NCBI GenBank assembly: GCA_048882325.1
Contig: JBHLRS010000025.1
Span: forward strand, 1 to 45,366
DNA from: Candidatus Thorarchaeota archaeon
GTDB taxonomy: Archaea; Asgardarchaeota; Thorarchaeia; Thorarchaeales; Thorarchaeaceae
Reading direction: 5' to 3'
Length of the DNA stretch: 45,366 bases
Below, one piece after another: positions 8,447 to 19,200 of this stretch (the first letter of the stretch is position 1; every line of letters begins with the position of its first letter). A program made the translations under genes and the position numbers. A model generated the notes under the pieces. It saw only the letters and a list, made by a program, of their open reading frames with translations, was not told the DNA's origin and ran no database searches.

Positions 8447-10576
8447 ATGTCCAGAGTGATGGTCATCACAGAAAAACCCACAGCGGCAAAGCGTATCTCT
8501 CATGCTCTAGACGAGAACAAGACTCCAACAGAGGTCAAGAAACGAGGAGCATCCTATTATGACTGCAAGAGGGGAAATGATGATCTCATAGTGGTCTACG
8601 CGCTTGGACACCTGTTTGAGCTCAAACAGACTGAGAAAGGATGGACATACCCAAGAATGGAAACCTCATGGGTTCCGAGATATGAGATTGAGAAGAAAGC
8701 AACTCAAACGAAACCAATCATCAATCTGATTATGAAGCTTTCAAAGGATGTTGACAGATTCGTCGTAGCAACTGACTACGATATCGAAGGGAGTCTGATT
8801 GGATATCTGACCTTGAAGCATGCCTGTAAAGCAGATCCAAATAGTGCACATCGGATGTTCTTCAGCACACTCACTGATTCTGAAATACAGAGTGCCTATG
8901 ACAACATGTCAGACACTCTGGAGTTTCCAATGATTGAGGCTGGGCAGGTCAGACACGAGATTGATTGGCTATATGGAATCAACCTAACAAGGGCACTTAC
9001 CCTCGCTATAAAGAACACAGCAGGATGGTTCAAAATCGTGTCTACTGGAAGGGTCCAGGGACCGACCCTCTCCTATGTGGCTGAACGAGAGCAGGAAGTC
9101 AACCTCTTTGTGCCATCCCCATTCTGGGTCATTCAAGCAAAAACTGCCTACAATGATGTTGAGATTGACCTAGAATATTCAAAGAAACGCATTGAAACAA
9201 AGAGAGATGCTGAGGATATAGTGAATGAATTAGACGGACAGACAGCCATTGTGGATTCAATCAATAGCAGAAGGACAACTCAACCAGCACATCCACCTTT
9301 CAATCTCAGTACGCTACAATCAGAGGCGTATCGACACTTTGGGTTCAAACCAAGCAGAACGCTTGCTATCGCACAGTCGCTATACTTGGATGCAGTCATA
9401 TCGTATCCGCGGACTAGTAGTGAGAAGCTTCCTGAGTCCATAGATCTGAAGGAGATTCTTGATGGGCTTGGAAAGATGAAGAACTACACATCAATGGTGA
9501 AGCGAGTTCTTCGTGCAGGAAATCTCACACCAGTTCAAGGGAAGAAGACAGACCCAGCTCATCCTGCCATTCATCCTACCGGAACGAAACCAACCAAGAA
9601 ACTCACACCCAGTGAGAAGAAACTGTATGATCTCATTGTGAGAAGATTTCTAGCGCTTTTTAGAGAGGAAGTGGTGAAAGAACATCTTCGTGCTGACATC
9701 AAGCATGACATTCATGTTCTATACCTCAGGGGGTTGAGGATACTGAAACATGGATGGATGGAGTTCTATGGGGAATATGCAAAGACGAATGAACGAGAGC
9801 TTCCAGAGATAGAAGAAGGAGAGTCACTTCTGTTGAGCCCCGTCAGTAATGAGCAGAAGTACACTCAACCACCAGCACGATTCAATCCATCTAGTCTTTT
9901 AAAACTCTTAGAGCGAGAGAATTTGGGTACAAAAGCAACTAGAGCTAGGATTGTGGACTCGATAAAGTCACGGGGGTACACGCTCAACGATAGGTTTGAA
10001 CTCTCCACACTAGGATATGCACTCTTTGAAACCTTGGAAAAGTACATGCCAGATATTCTCTCCCCCGAACTGACCAGGTTCTTGGAAAAGGAAATGGAAG
10101 ATATCCAGCAAGAGAACAAGAACCGAGAAACAGTTCTATCGAAAGCAAAAGTGGAGCTTTTGGAACTTCTGGAGACCTTCAAAGCACAGGAAGAAGACAT
10201 CGGGAATGATCTTGTCACAGGTCTTCAAAGATATTGGAAATCAAAAGAAGAGCTAGGTAAATGTCCTAAATGTGGAGATGGCACGCTCAGAGTGATACGA
10301 TCAGCAAAGACTGGTAAGAGGTTCGTGGGATGTTCAAATTACAGCGAGAATAAATGTGACCAGACATTTCCGCTCCCTCAGAAAGGAGACCTATCTCCTC
10401 TGGATTCGATGTGCCCCTATTGTGGGTATCAGATGATTCAGATAACTTCAGGTCGGAGAAAGTGGGAAACCTGCATTAATTGGACTAACTGCCCTGGCAG
10501 ACAAGATGACATAAAGGCACTGGAGGAAAGACGCACAAAAGCGACAGAGAGAAGACAAAAGGAGGCTGAGGAGTGA
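8447..10576 (+). CDS. topA: DNA topoisomerase IA (archaeal TopA/Topo III) with C-terminal zinc ribbons
   Basis: ITEKP, ATDYDIEG (TOPRIM), STGRVQGPTL, ISYPRT (catalytic Tyr), HPAIHPT, LGTKATR, CPKC...FVGCSNY. Confidence 0.96.
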   Translation: MSRVMVITEKPTAAKRISHALDENKTPTEVKKRGASYYDCKRGNDDLIVVYALGHLFELKQTEKGWTYPRMETSWVPRYEIEKKATQTKPIINLIMKLSKDVDRFVVATDYDIEGSLIGYLTLKHACKADPNSAHRMFFSTLTDSEIQSAYDNMSDTLEFPMIEAGQVRHEIDWLYGINLTRALTLAIKNTAGWFKIVSTGRVQGPTLSYVAEREQEVNLFVPSPFWVIQAKTAYNDVEIDLEYSKKRIETKRDAEDIVNELDGQTAIVDSINSRRTTQPAHPPFNLSTLQSEAYRHFGFKPSRTLAIAQSLYLDAVISYPRTSSEKLPESIDLKEILDGLGKMKNYTSMVKRVLRAGNLTPVQGKKTDPAHPAIHPTGTKPTKKLTPSEKKLYDLIVRRFLALFREEVVKEHLRADIKHDIHVLYLRGLRILKHGWMEFYGEYAKTNERELPEIEEGESLLLSPVSNEQKYTQPPARFNPSSLLKLLERENLGTKATRARIVDSIKSRGYTLNDRFELSTLGYALFETLEKYMPDILSPELTRFLEKEMEDIQQENKNRETVLSKAKVELLELLETFKAQEEDIGNDLVTGLQRYWKSKEELGKCPKCGDGTLRVIRSAKTGKRFVGCSNYSENKCDQTFPLPQKGDLSPLDSMCPYCGYQMIQITSGRRKWETCINWTNCPGRQDDIKALEERRTKATERRQKEAEE

Positions 10577-10806
10577 TATTCTGTTCGATCTGTGGTCGAC
10601 TGTCTGTGAACGAAGATGGTTATTGTCGATATCATCAGGATGCGTTGGACAATCTTCAATCATCGTACGAAGTTTGGAGACAAACAAGCGGTGTTAGTTG
10701 GGATGAATATATTGACAGTATCTGTGAGCTCGAAGAAACCGGTCGATGGGTTCGAGAGGTGGCTGAGCAGATCAGGTCAGGAGATGGTCCCGCAGGACTG
10801 ACATGA
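10573..10806 (+). CDS. Small hypothetical zinc-binding protein
   Basis: CSIC...YCRYH motif; GTG start overlaps the topA stop (GTGA). Confidence 0.7.
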   Translation: MIFCSICGRLSVNEDGYCRYHQDALDNLQSSYEVWRQTSGVSWDEYIDSICELEETGRWVREVAEQIRSGDGPAGLT

Positions 10807-11116
10807 GTTCAAGCATTCGTTCTCGGGTCAGTGAGCTCATACCGACAACAAGCATGCAGGTCTGGTTTGTCCAAGTAGCTAGTCTCTCAGCAAGTGTCCG
10901 AACAAATGTACTATCGATTTCCTTTGTGAAGAAACCAACAGATGTAGGGCTTGAGCGGCCTTGGCCAGCAGGGATGGCCATAGCAGACAGACCTAGTCTA
11001 AACTGGTTTGAGTCAGAGATCAAGACCAACATCCCGTTTGTCATGTTCATGATTCGTATCTTGATGGTTCCTGCAGCCGTTTCTGAGGAGAACTCGGAAA
11101 TATCGTCAAACTCCAT
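10772..11116 (-). CDS. Proteasome assembly chaperone PAC4/PAC3-like protein (putative)
   Basis: LGLSAMAIP...PTSVGF...TLAERLATWTNQ resembles recalled PSMG4 LAVAM...PVSTSL...LAQRLARKTNKQ; ~114 aa. Confidence 0.6.
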   Translation of the reverse strand: MEFDDISEFSSETAAGTIKIRIMNMTNGMLVLISDSNQFRLGLSAMAIPAGQGRSSPTSVGFFTKEIDSTFVRTLAERLATWTNQTCMLVVGMSSLTRERMLELMSVLRDHLLT

Positions 11117-11208
11117 ATTCAATCAACTATCTGAGAGCTTAGGTGGGATAAATCACTAACGCAAAAGGAAACCGGAAGCAACAGGATTATCAAGGCCTCG
11201 ACTGGCAA

Positions 11209-13155
11209 ATGTATAGTGGTCTGATGACTCAAGACTCCTCAAGCTATACGGACTTCTTTCCGTATCCTGAAGCACGTGAAGGCCAAGAAGATATGATGGT
11301 CAAGATTCAGGAATCAGTTGAAGCAGGCGTTCACATATGCTCAGAAGCACCAAATGGTTTTGGAAAAACCTGTGCCACATTGAGTAGTGTATTACCCTGG
11401 ACAAAGAAGAAGAAAGGAAAAGTCCTCTACTGTGCACGTACACATAGACAGCTTGATCGTGTCATGGAGGAGCTTCTGGAGATATCGACCAACAAGGAAG
11501 TTTCAGGTGTTTCTTTTCGTGGTCGACGACACATGTGTCTGAACTCATTTGTGCTTGAGAATGCTGACTATGTTGCTCCAATTTCTGAAGTGTGTGGACA
11601 ACTCAAAGCTACTGGAAGATGTAACTACTACGAAAACCTACGTCGAGCTGGTAATCCAGAAGACCTACTAGAGGATATGCCGAAGAAAGTGCTCTCAGCT
11701 CCAGAGATCGCAAAGATTGCTGCTAGTAGAACACTCTGTCCTTATGAACTCACAAAGCGACTTGCAAAGGTGGTCGATGTTGTGGCTCTTTCATATCTAT
11801 ACGTCTTCGATCCCTGGATTCTTGAAGTGTTCCTACCTGACCTTGAAACACCTCCGTCTAAGATGGTGTTAGTGCAGGATGAGGCACACAATGTCCCAGC
11901 AACCGCATTAGATTCTGCGAGCGATTCACTATCCATCGGAACAATAAGACAAGCACTAAGAGAAGCTACAACCTACAATGACGAGCCATCCAAGGATTTC
12001 TCTCGCGCACTTGCAAAGACGGTCCTAGAGCTCTCAGCAGACATGAAACAGGTTGATGAGAAGACGGTAGACCCCCGAACGATAGTGGAGTCCACTATCA
12101 AAATTGCACAACTTGCTCATCAACCGCAGATACTCGCGCACATGAAAGACCTAGGCGCGAAAATTCGACGCGGTCTGCTCAAAGCAGGGAAATTTCCACG
12201 TTCTTCTATCCACAGGGTAAGTGAGTTCCTCCTGAGGTGGCTACGATGCGCGGAAAGGCAGGACTATGCATTTCTACTTGCATCCAGTAGAGGTTATGGA
12301 GAAACTAGGAGGGTTTCTTTGGACCTTGTCGCATTAGATCCAACATCTGTCACAGGGAATGTATTGAGCATGGTGCACAGCTCGGTGGCAATCTCAGGTA
12401 CGATGTCACCACTGGATGCATATGCTGAGATGCTGGGCTTTGGCTCCGATGCAGCTAAAGCAACTTTCCAGAGTCCATTTGCAAGAAGAAATAGGCTTGG
12501 GCTTATCGTCAGCGATTTGGATACATCATTCCAGAACAGAAGCAAGTCAACGTTCGAGCGGATGGTCGACCATTGTGTTGCAGTGGTAGATGCAACTCCG
12601 AGTAACACAGGTATTTTCACATCTAGCTATTCTGTGGGAAAATCGCTACTTGATGCAGGTCTTGAGAAACAAATCAGGAGGAAGCTCTTCGTGGAGAAGC
12701 CGGGAATGAAGGGCGTCGAGAATGACAGACTGATTGATGACTTCAGGAATCAGGGGGATCGTGGTGGAGCGGTTCTCCTAGGTGTGCAGGGTGGTCGAAA
12801 CTCCGAGGGAGGTGATTTTCCGGGCTCAACAATGGAGAGTGTTGTAGTAGTTGGTGTTCCTTATGCCAAGCCAACTCCACGGATGGAGTCCCTGATCAGT
12901 TATTATGACTCAAGATTCAATCAGAAGGGCAGAGACTATGCCTATGTCCTTCCTGCAATGACCCGTGCCATTCAAGCTGCTGGCAGACCCGTGAGAAGAC
13001 TGGATGACAGAGGTGTGATTGTGATGCTTGATCAACGATTTGGGACACCCTACCTGAGTAGATTCATTCCATCTTGGCTGAATGATGTAATCCAGACTAT
13101 TCCAGATAATCCTGTAGTGACCTCGCACCAAGTCGAGAGTTTCTTCAACACTTAG
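11209..13155 (+). CDS. xpd: XPD/Rad3-family Fe-S DNA helicase
   Basis: FPYPEAREGQ Q-motif, EAPNGFGKT, RTHRQ, Fe-S cysteines (MCLN, VC, RC, LCPY), DEAH, SGT, SEGGDF, QAAGRPVR. Confidence 0.93.
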   Translation: MYSGLMTQDSSSYTDFFPYPEAREGQEDMMVKIQESVEAGVHICSEAPNGFGKTCATLSSVLPWTKKKKGKVLYCARTHRQLDRVMEELLEISTNKEVSGVSFRGRRHMCLNSFVLENADYVAPISEVCGQLKATGRCNYYENLRRAGNPEDLLEDMPKKVLSAPEIAKIAASRTLCPYELTKRLAKVVDVVALSYLYVFDPWILEVFLPDLETPPSKMVLVQDEAHNVPATALDSASDSLSIGTIRQALREATTYNDEPSKDFSRALAKTVLELSADMKQVDEKTVDPRTIVESTIKIAQLAHQPQILAHMKDLGAKIRRGLLKAGKFPRSSIHRVSEFLLRWLRCAERQDYAFLLASSRGYGETRRVSLDLVALDPTSVTGNVLSMVHSSVAISGTMSPLDAYAEMLGFGSDAAKATFQSPFARRNRLGLIVSDLDTSFQNRSKSTFERMVDHCVAVVDATPSNTGIFTSSYSVGKSLLDAGLEKQIRRKLFVEKPGMKGVENDRLIDDFRNQGDRGGAVLLGVQGGRNSEGGDFPGSTMESVVVVGVPYAKPTPRMESLISYYDSRFNQKGRDYAYVLPAMTRAIQAAGRPVRRLDDRGVIVMLDQRFGTPYLSRFIPSWLNDVIQTIPDNPVVTSHQVESFFNT

Positions 13156-13916
13156 CAGTCACCAGTCAATATGCAGTCAAGTGACATATCTCCGGATAAG
13201 ACTGCACGCGCTTCATCTGTAGAGAGTTCTCTCGTTCCCCGTGTGAGTCGTTGCACGAACTGCTTGAGAGACTTCACATATCCTTCTTTCAGTTCAAGGA
13301 TTCTGTCATCATCCTCTGGTGGACGCCCAGATCTTCCAGCTATGAGAATTGCTGATGATTGGTCTGATGTGATCCCGCCAGACACTGTAGTATGATGCTC
13401 ATTTACGAGTTCAATGTCTAGACCAGGATAGTCTTTGCTCAGATTCCTGAGATACAGGGTTGAGTACACCTTCGACCCGGTCCCTATTCGAACAATGGTT
13501 CTGGATTTTGGGAAAAGCCGTGTTACATAAGACTCGAGACGAGAAGTCAATCGAGCAGCAGAACCGGGGGTCGTGACAGAGTTCTTGAAAGTGACTACTC
13601 CATCAACGACAAGAGCGACTCCGAATCGCATTCCTGGATCAATACCAACCACTGCGTTAGAGGGATTGCGAACGTCATTTAGCTTGGAAAGGATTTCAAC
13701 AGTGGTAAAATCAGGGTCCATTTCTTCATCTACCACGACGATTGCATCTTGGTCGTTGATGTCTTCATTTGTTGTTATGACTACTTTAACGTCCTCACAG
13801 CGAGAGTCGCCCGGTGGACAGACTACGAACTTGAGATCGAGTTTCTTTAAGAGCTCGATAGCAAGATAGAGCACCTTGGGATTCTCTGTGGCAATTGCAA
13901 CCTGCCACCTAAGCAT
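13152..13916 (-). CDS. Conserved hypothetical protein with RNase H-like (YqgF/RuvC-like) domain
   Basis: VVGIDPG...GVALV, RIGTG, VNEHHTT, DQSSAILIA pattern. Confidence 0.65.
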   Translation of the reverse strand: MLRWQVAIATENPKVLYLAIELLKKLDLKFVVCPPGDSRCEDVKVVITTNEDINDQDAIVVVDEEMDPDFTTVEILSKLNDVRNPSNAVVGIDPGMRFGVALVVDGVVTFKNSVTTPGSAARLTSRLESYVTRLFPKSRTIVRIGTGSKVYSTLYLRNLSKDYPGLDIELVNEHHTTVSGGITSDQSSAILIAGRSGRPPEDDDRILELKEGYVKSLKQFVQRLTRGTRELSTDEARAVLSGDMSLDCILTGDC

Positions 13917-13969
13917 GATATCGATCCTTCTAGATATGCTTATCACTCGAGAGTGACGACAAGAAGGCA

Positions 13970-14671
13970 GTGAGATTGAATTTGATTCTTCCGTCTGGGG
14001 TATCGTTGATTGACCGCGTTCTCAATGGGGGTCTTCATGAGGGTTTATTCACACATGTCTACGGAGAAGCAGCCGCCGGGAAGACAACGTTGGCACTACA
14101 GTTCGTAGGAAATGCCCACAGACTTGGGTTTAGCACCATCTACGTGAACTCTGAGAACACATCACCAGTCAGACGACTTGAACAGATTACCTCTCAGTCC
14201 TTTGGTGACATTGAGATTGCAGTGAAGCTTCTTGCTCCAAAAGGTTTCAATGAACAGGGGATTTTGATTGATGATTTGGAGCTGATTTTACGTGAAGACA
14301 CGAAACTTGTCGTGATTGATACTCTGACCAGATACTATCGATTGGAATTGGAGGATAAGAAAACAAACTATGTAAAACATCGCGAACTTAACAGACAAGT
14401 GGGAGTCTTGAAAGGTCTTGCACGGAATCATGAAGTTGCAGTCGTGGTTCTTAATCAGGTCAGGTCTAAACTCAAGGGAGTTGATGATTTTGAACCAGTC
14501 GCGAAAAATATCCTGGATTACTGGGCAGATTATACTGTCAAGATGCGTGTCGCGAAGGGGACAGGCGAGAGGATTATCAGAAGGGTCAAACCAGAAGGAG
14601 AATTTTCTGAAGGGCGGCTGTATCTAGTAGAGAGTGGCTTCACTTCAGAAAGGCCCAATGAGAAAGAGTGA
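13970..14671 (+). CDS. radB: DNA repair and recombination protein RadB
   Basis: Short RecA-like ATPase: GEAAAGKTT, VVIDT, VLNQV; lacks the RadA N-terminal domain. Confidence 0.85.
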   Translation: MRLNLILPSGVSLIDRVLNGGLHEGLFTHVYGEAAAGKTTLALQFVGNAHRLGFSTIYVNSENTSPVRRLEQITSQSFGDIEIAVKLLAPKGFNEQGILIDDLELILREDTKLVVIDTLTRYYRLELEDKKTNYVKHRELNRQVGVLKGLARNHEVAVVVLNQVRSKLKGVDDFEPVAKNILDYWADYTVKMRVAKGTGERIIRRVKPEGEFSEGRLYLVESGFTSERPNEKE

Positions 14672-14709
14672 AATTGGATAACTAGACGGCTGATTTGGAG
14701 TATTACTCA

Positions 14710-15270
14710 ATGTACGAGGAACTTGCCATCTTCGAGCTGTCGGTTTGGCTTGGGTTGGCTGCATGGATTGCTAATGCAACACCTGTGTTGGGTGGCGGTG
14801 GAAGACCAATCGATGGAGGCAGGCTGTACCGGGATGGACGTCGTATTTTGGGGGATGGAAAGACGATAAGAGGATTCATCGTTGGGGTTGTGTGTGGCAC
14901 GCTGACGGGCATTGGGCAGTTTCTTGCAGCTCCATATCTGGAACCAATATTGGCTCAGTTCGTCACAGTAACGCCAGAGATGAACTACGTGCTCTATATC
15001 ACAATCCCAGCAGGATTTCTTTTATCTATAGGCGCACTGACAGGAGATGTGGTTGGGTCATTCATCAAGAGACGTGTCAATGTGAAGAGTGGTGACCCAT
15101 CCCCATTCCTTGATCAAATAGGATTCATAATCATGGCATTGATCTTTGCATTCCCACTCATGGTTCCAAGTCCGATTTTTGTCAGTGTCTTGATTCTTAC
15201 AACACTTGGTATCCATTGGGTTAGTAATGCACTTGGGTACCTACTAGGCATTAAGAAGAATCCCTGGTAG
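14710..15270 (+). CDS. carS: CDP-archaeol synthase
   Basis: ANATPV, PIDGG...DGRRILGDGKT.RG, GDVVGSFIKRR, LDQ, LGIKKNPW. Confidence 0.93.
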   Translation: MYEELAIFELSVWLGLAAWIANATPVLGGGGRPIDGGRLYRDGRRILGDGKTIRGFIVGVVCGTLTGIGQFLAAPYLEPILAQFVTVTPEMNYVLYITIPAGFLLSIGALTGDVVGSFIKRRVNVKSGDPSPFLDQIGFIIMALIFAFPLMVPSPIFVSVLILTTLGIHWVSNALGYLLGIKKNPW

Positions 15271-15401
15271 ATAGCAGCCAAGGAAAACCATAAAAGGTGA
15301 CTAAAGAAAACTATGCCATCTTAATCAATTCCACTGGACCGCTCAATGCCCATGTGATTTGATAAGTGCTCAAGTTTCTATAAACCGGAGTAATCCTAAC
15401 A

Positions 15402-16262
15402 ATGATGGTCAAGGATTGCATGCAATCGGACGTAGTGTACGTTTCAGTACCAGGAACCAGAGAAGATGTTCTTCAGCTGATGGCTGAAAAACAAATCAAT
15501 GGTGTTCCTGTTGTGAAGAAGGGCACCAAGGCACTGGTCGGAATCGTGACCCGGACTGACCTTCTTCGTAAAGCTGATGAGAACCAACTTGCAATGCTCA
15601 TGGTCAGAGACCCTGAAACTGTCACTCCAAGAACAGATATCAGGACAGCTGTTAAACTAATGCTAGAGAAGAGATACAGAAGACTGCCTGTTGTGGACAA
15701 AGACGAACTTGTCGGGCTAGTTTCGGTCCCAGACATTCTTGGGGCTACTCTCGAAGGAAACAAGAAGTATGGAAAATTGGAGTTGACTGATTTTGTTGCA
15801 CGGACCGTCAATGCAGTCTGGGAGAAGACTCCACTTCCTCTATCCTATATGATTATGGAAATGGCTGGCAAGAATGGTCTTGTGGTGCTTGGTGAGGGTG
15901 GAGGTGTCACAGGAATGATCACTGTGAGTGACTATATCCGTCTCTCTGAGGTGACAGTTGAGGACAATGTTTCTCAGACCTTTAGTGGTCAAGATAGTTC
16001 AGTGGACTGGGGATGGACATCGAAAGATTTCCTTGTTGTTACCAAGAAGCTCCTCCGACTGCCAGGTGCAGCAGTTGAAGAGGTGATGACTAAGAATGTC
16101 ATTAGCTTCAGCGAGATTACTACGATTGAGGAATGTGTCAGGACACTTCGGAATGAGGATATTGACCAAGCGCCTGTTCTGAGCGTCACTGGTAGCCTGA
16201 TTGGTATGATCGAAGATAAAGACCTGTTGCAATTGGCTCTAAAATCCTGTGAAACTGATTAG
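15402..16262 (+). CDS. CBS domain-containing protein (four CBS repeats)
   Basis: Repeated PVV...LVGIVT..D motifs. Confidence 0.88.
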   Translation: MMVKDCMQSDVVYVSVPGTREDVLQLMAEKQINGVPVVKKGTKALVGIVTRTDLLRKADENQLAMLMVRDPETVTPRTDIRTAVKLMLEKRYRRLPVVDKDELVGLVSVPDILGATLEGNKKYGKLELTDFVARTVNAVWEKTPLPLSYMIMEMAGKNGLVVLGEGGGVTGMITVSDYIRLSEVTVEDNVSQTFSGQDSSVDWGWTSKDFLVVTKKLLRLPGAAVEEVMTKNVISFSEITTIEECVRTLRNEDIDQAPVLSVTGSLIGMIEDKDLLQLALKSCETD

Positions 16263-19200
16263 GGTTCGAAGAAATCAGTAAGAGTGGTCTGTTCGGACAC
16301 GAACAATGAATCTAGAGAAGCTGTGATTAGCTTCAGTCGTTCTTGGAGATACTGGTCTAAGCCATGATTTTCTATGATTTTTCTCGTTACTTCCAGATAT
16401 TTCGAGATGTTCTTCTGTCTGACAGTCAATGAGAGTTTGTTCCCACAGATACAACTACCACTCAAGGGAATTCGTCTGTAGACCCTACGACATTTTTGGC
16501 ACTGCATCTTTTGTGTAGAGTAAGCTCTTAGGTTTCCACGTATGTCACGGAAGAAGTGATGAGAGAGTACGCGTTCTGCAACATCTTTCGCGTCAACTGC
16601 TGATATCAGGGTGGCAAGTTTCAACTGCGCACTTAATTTTTCATCCATACTGCCTAGGATCTTGTATCGTGTGTTCTTTGGTCCGATATCAAAAGATGTT
16701 GTGCTGTGTGTGAAGCCAAATCCCTCATATTGCATAGCAGAATTGAGCCGTGAAGCGATGATGTCAACAAGATCCTCTACATCCTTGGGATGACGAGATT
16801 CAGCAACCATGTTGTAGAACTCTGCGGGGTATCGTCTACAGACTTCAATGTTATGACTTTCATCATCCACCTCAGTGGGATTAAGAATTACAGAAAGAAC
16901 AAGAGGCGCGTCCATTAGGCCACCCCTCCCTGCAGGGAGATATTCCTTTGAGAAGTTCATTAGTGCGTCGAGGACCAATATGAGCGCGTCCTCGTCACCA
17001 TCACAGTTTCGTCTCTTTGCCGCATGCCAATATGGATGAGCGTAGCAGACACTGGCATTCGTGAACCCAATGATTCGACCAATGATTCCTGCAGACGTAT
17101 GAGGTGCAAGACCTATGACAAGCTGACCTACAACATCCTCTTGAGCATCAAACTTGTAGTATCTATCGAGACCGTATATCTTCTCTAGACAATCGTCAAT
17201 GAACCTACCCACTCTGACCAAGTACATCGCGCAATTCTCAGACACAACAATGTCCTGTACTTTGAGTTCCACCACCTGATCGTCAGAGATTAGTGGCTCT
17301 CCATCTTGGTCTGTGATGTACCCTAACTCATGGAGGCGACTGACTGGAGTGCCTATCTCTCTAGGTGTGAAGTGTGTAAGAGGCGCGTCAGTGGCATCAA
17401 ACCTAGCTGTTCCATCACGATAGCAGTAAACATCGTGCTTCGCTCGAAGTATTCCCTTTCCAAGGTATTCGGGTATCTTGTAATCGCTTGTGAGTCCTAA
17501 AACTCCACGAACACCGTGAGCTTCAAACTCGCTGACCTCTGACTTGACACGATTGATCAATTTTGATATGTCCACGGGAATCTTCTTGGTCACTCTTATC
17601 AGGTTGACATCATGACTGAATGGACACATTCCTGTATTGGGATCAATTGGTTGTCCGCAGTCCACATTAGAACACCATGGTTGAACATTGGTGTGTATTT
17701 TGCATTGGGGACATCTCGATTCGAAGGTTTCCTTCCCGCAATTCGGGCATACTCGAGAAACCATCTCAAGCTCAACACCATTTATCTCAGGAATCTCAAT
17801 CCCAACCGAATCATCTTCAAAGGAGTCTAGAGTTGAGATGTGTTCTATGCTCTTAGCAACCTCCTCTATTCTACGTTCAGTTCCTTTCGTACGACCAACA
17901 GGAAACAGAGTCTGAACTGGTGGCCTCATTCTTCGTTCTTCAGCCTTCTCAGGTCGTCCCATCCTTGCTCCAATCGAGAATCCAACCTTGTCCATCAACT
18001 TCACGGAGGTTGCAGAATTCATTAAATCGAGTGGTGTTGTGCCCTTTGGAACAGCATTCTTCCTCCCAAGTTGTGCCAAGATAGATACTGAGTCATCGCT
18101 AAGATGAATCTTCTTCTTGTTAGCTGAAAGAGTATGGGGAATGGCTGCTTTCTCTAGCATCTTTTTGTATTCTTTATTATATGGGAGAACCATTGTGGAG
18201 TCTTTGAGTGTGTGATTTGTGAGAAGCCACTCTCTCAGCTTGATTGTATCTTCTGGAGTCAGTGACATCCAACGATACAGATAGAATGGATGTAGTGGAA
18301 TCTTGAGTTTCTTGGAAAGATGCACAGCTTGAGAAGCCGTTGGAATCTCTGTGAGTGGAGTGACTACAAAGCGGTTAACATCTTCGACAGTTAATCCAGA
18401 CTTCGAGAGTAGTTTTTTCAACTTAGCTACTTCGATTTTCGAGATGGCATGGTTAAGGTCATGAGACCACCATTCCTCACAGTATCCGGATGGTACAAGT
18501 GGATGATTGTTCTCTAGAAACTCGCCTAGGGCAACCAGAATATCACCGAGGTATAGAATCTGCTCAATCTTGCCCTCTAACAATCTGGCTTCATTGGTTT
18601 CCTTGATTCGAATGACTGAACCATCCTTCAATAAGACAATTGGACCTTCAATAGAGTCTACAGGTGTGACGATTGAGCCCTTTCCTGGCCGCTCTGTTCG
18701 GATGTGTGTGCCAGGAGCTAGAAACTCCTCTACAATGTACATAGTAGCAGGATGAACTCCAACTCCAGCAAGGCCAGTATTTCGGGATCTACCATATCTT
18801 AGTCTGAACCCTCCTATTCTTGATGGGTGTGAAAAGACCGGTCTCCCACCAATTACATCTGCCAAATAATCTGACTTTGGCTCAAGCTGTTTGTCTGTTG
18901 TGTCCTCCTCGTCTCTAGATGCAACTTTAGACATTCGAGATGAGAGTTCTTCAAGCCATTCCCAACCGCGAATTTCGTTGCTGCTCACAATCTTGGCCAG
19001 TTTTACAGCTCTTCCGACAACACCGTCATTGAGAACCAGAACAGCTCCTCCACGAACCCTGTTTGTTTCTATACGGTCTAAGTCACGACTTCCGGACACT
19101 TCGAACTCTTCAGTTGGCTCTCCAGTCAGCATTATTGGTAATCTTGATGCAGCAAAGCGTACCAGATCTGGGTAAACTGGATATTGAAGATGGACATTTC

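Noticed and set aside
10803-11159. 118-aa plus-strand ORF
   Set aside because: Antisense shadow of the PAC4-like gene
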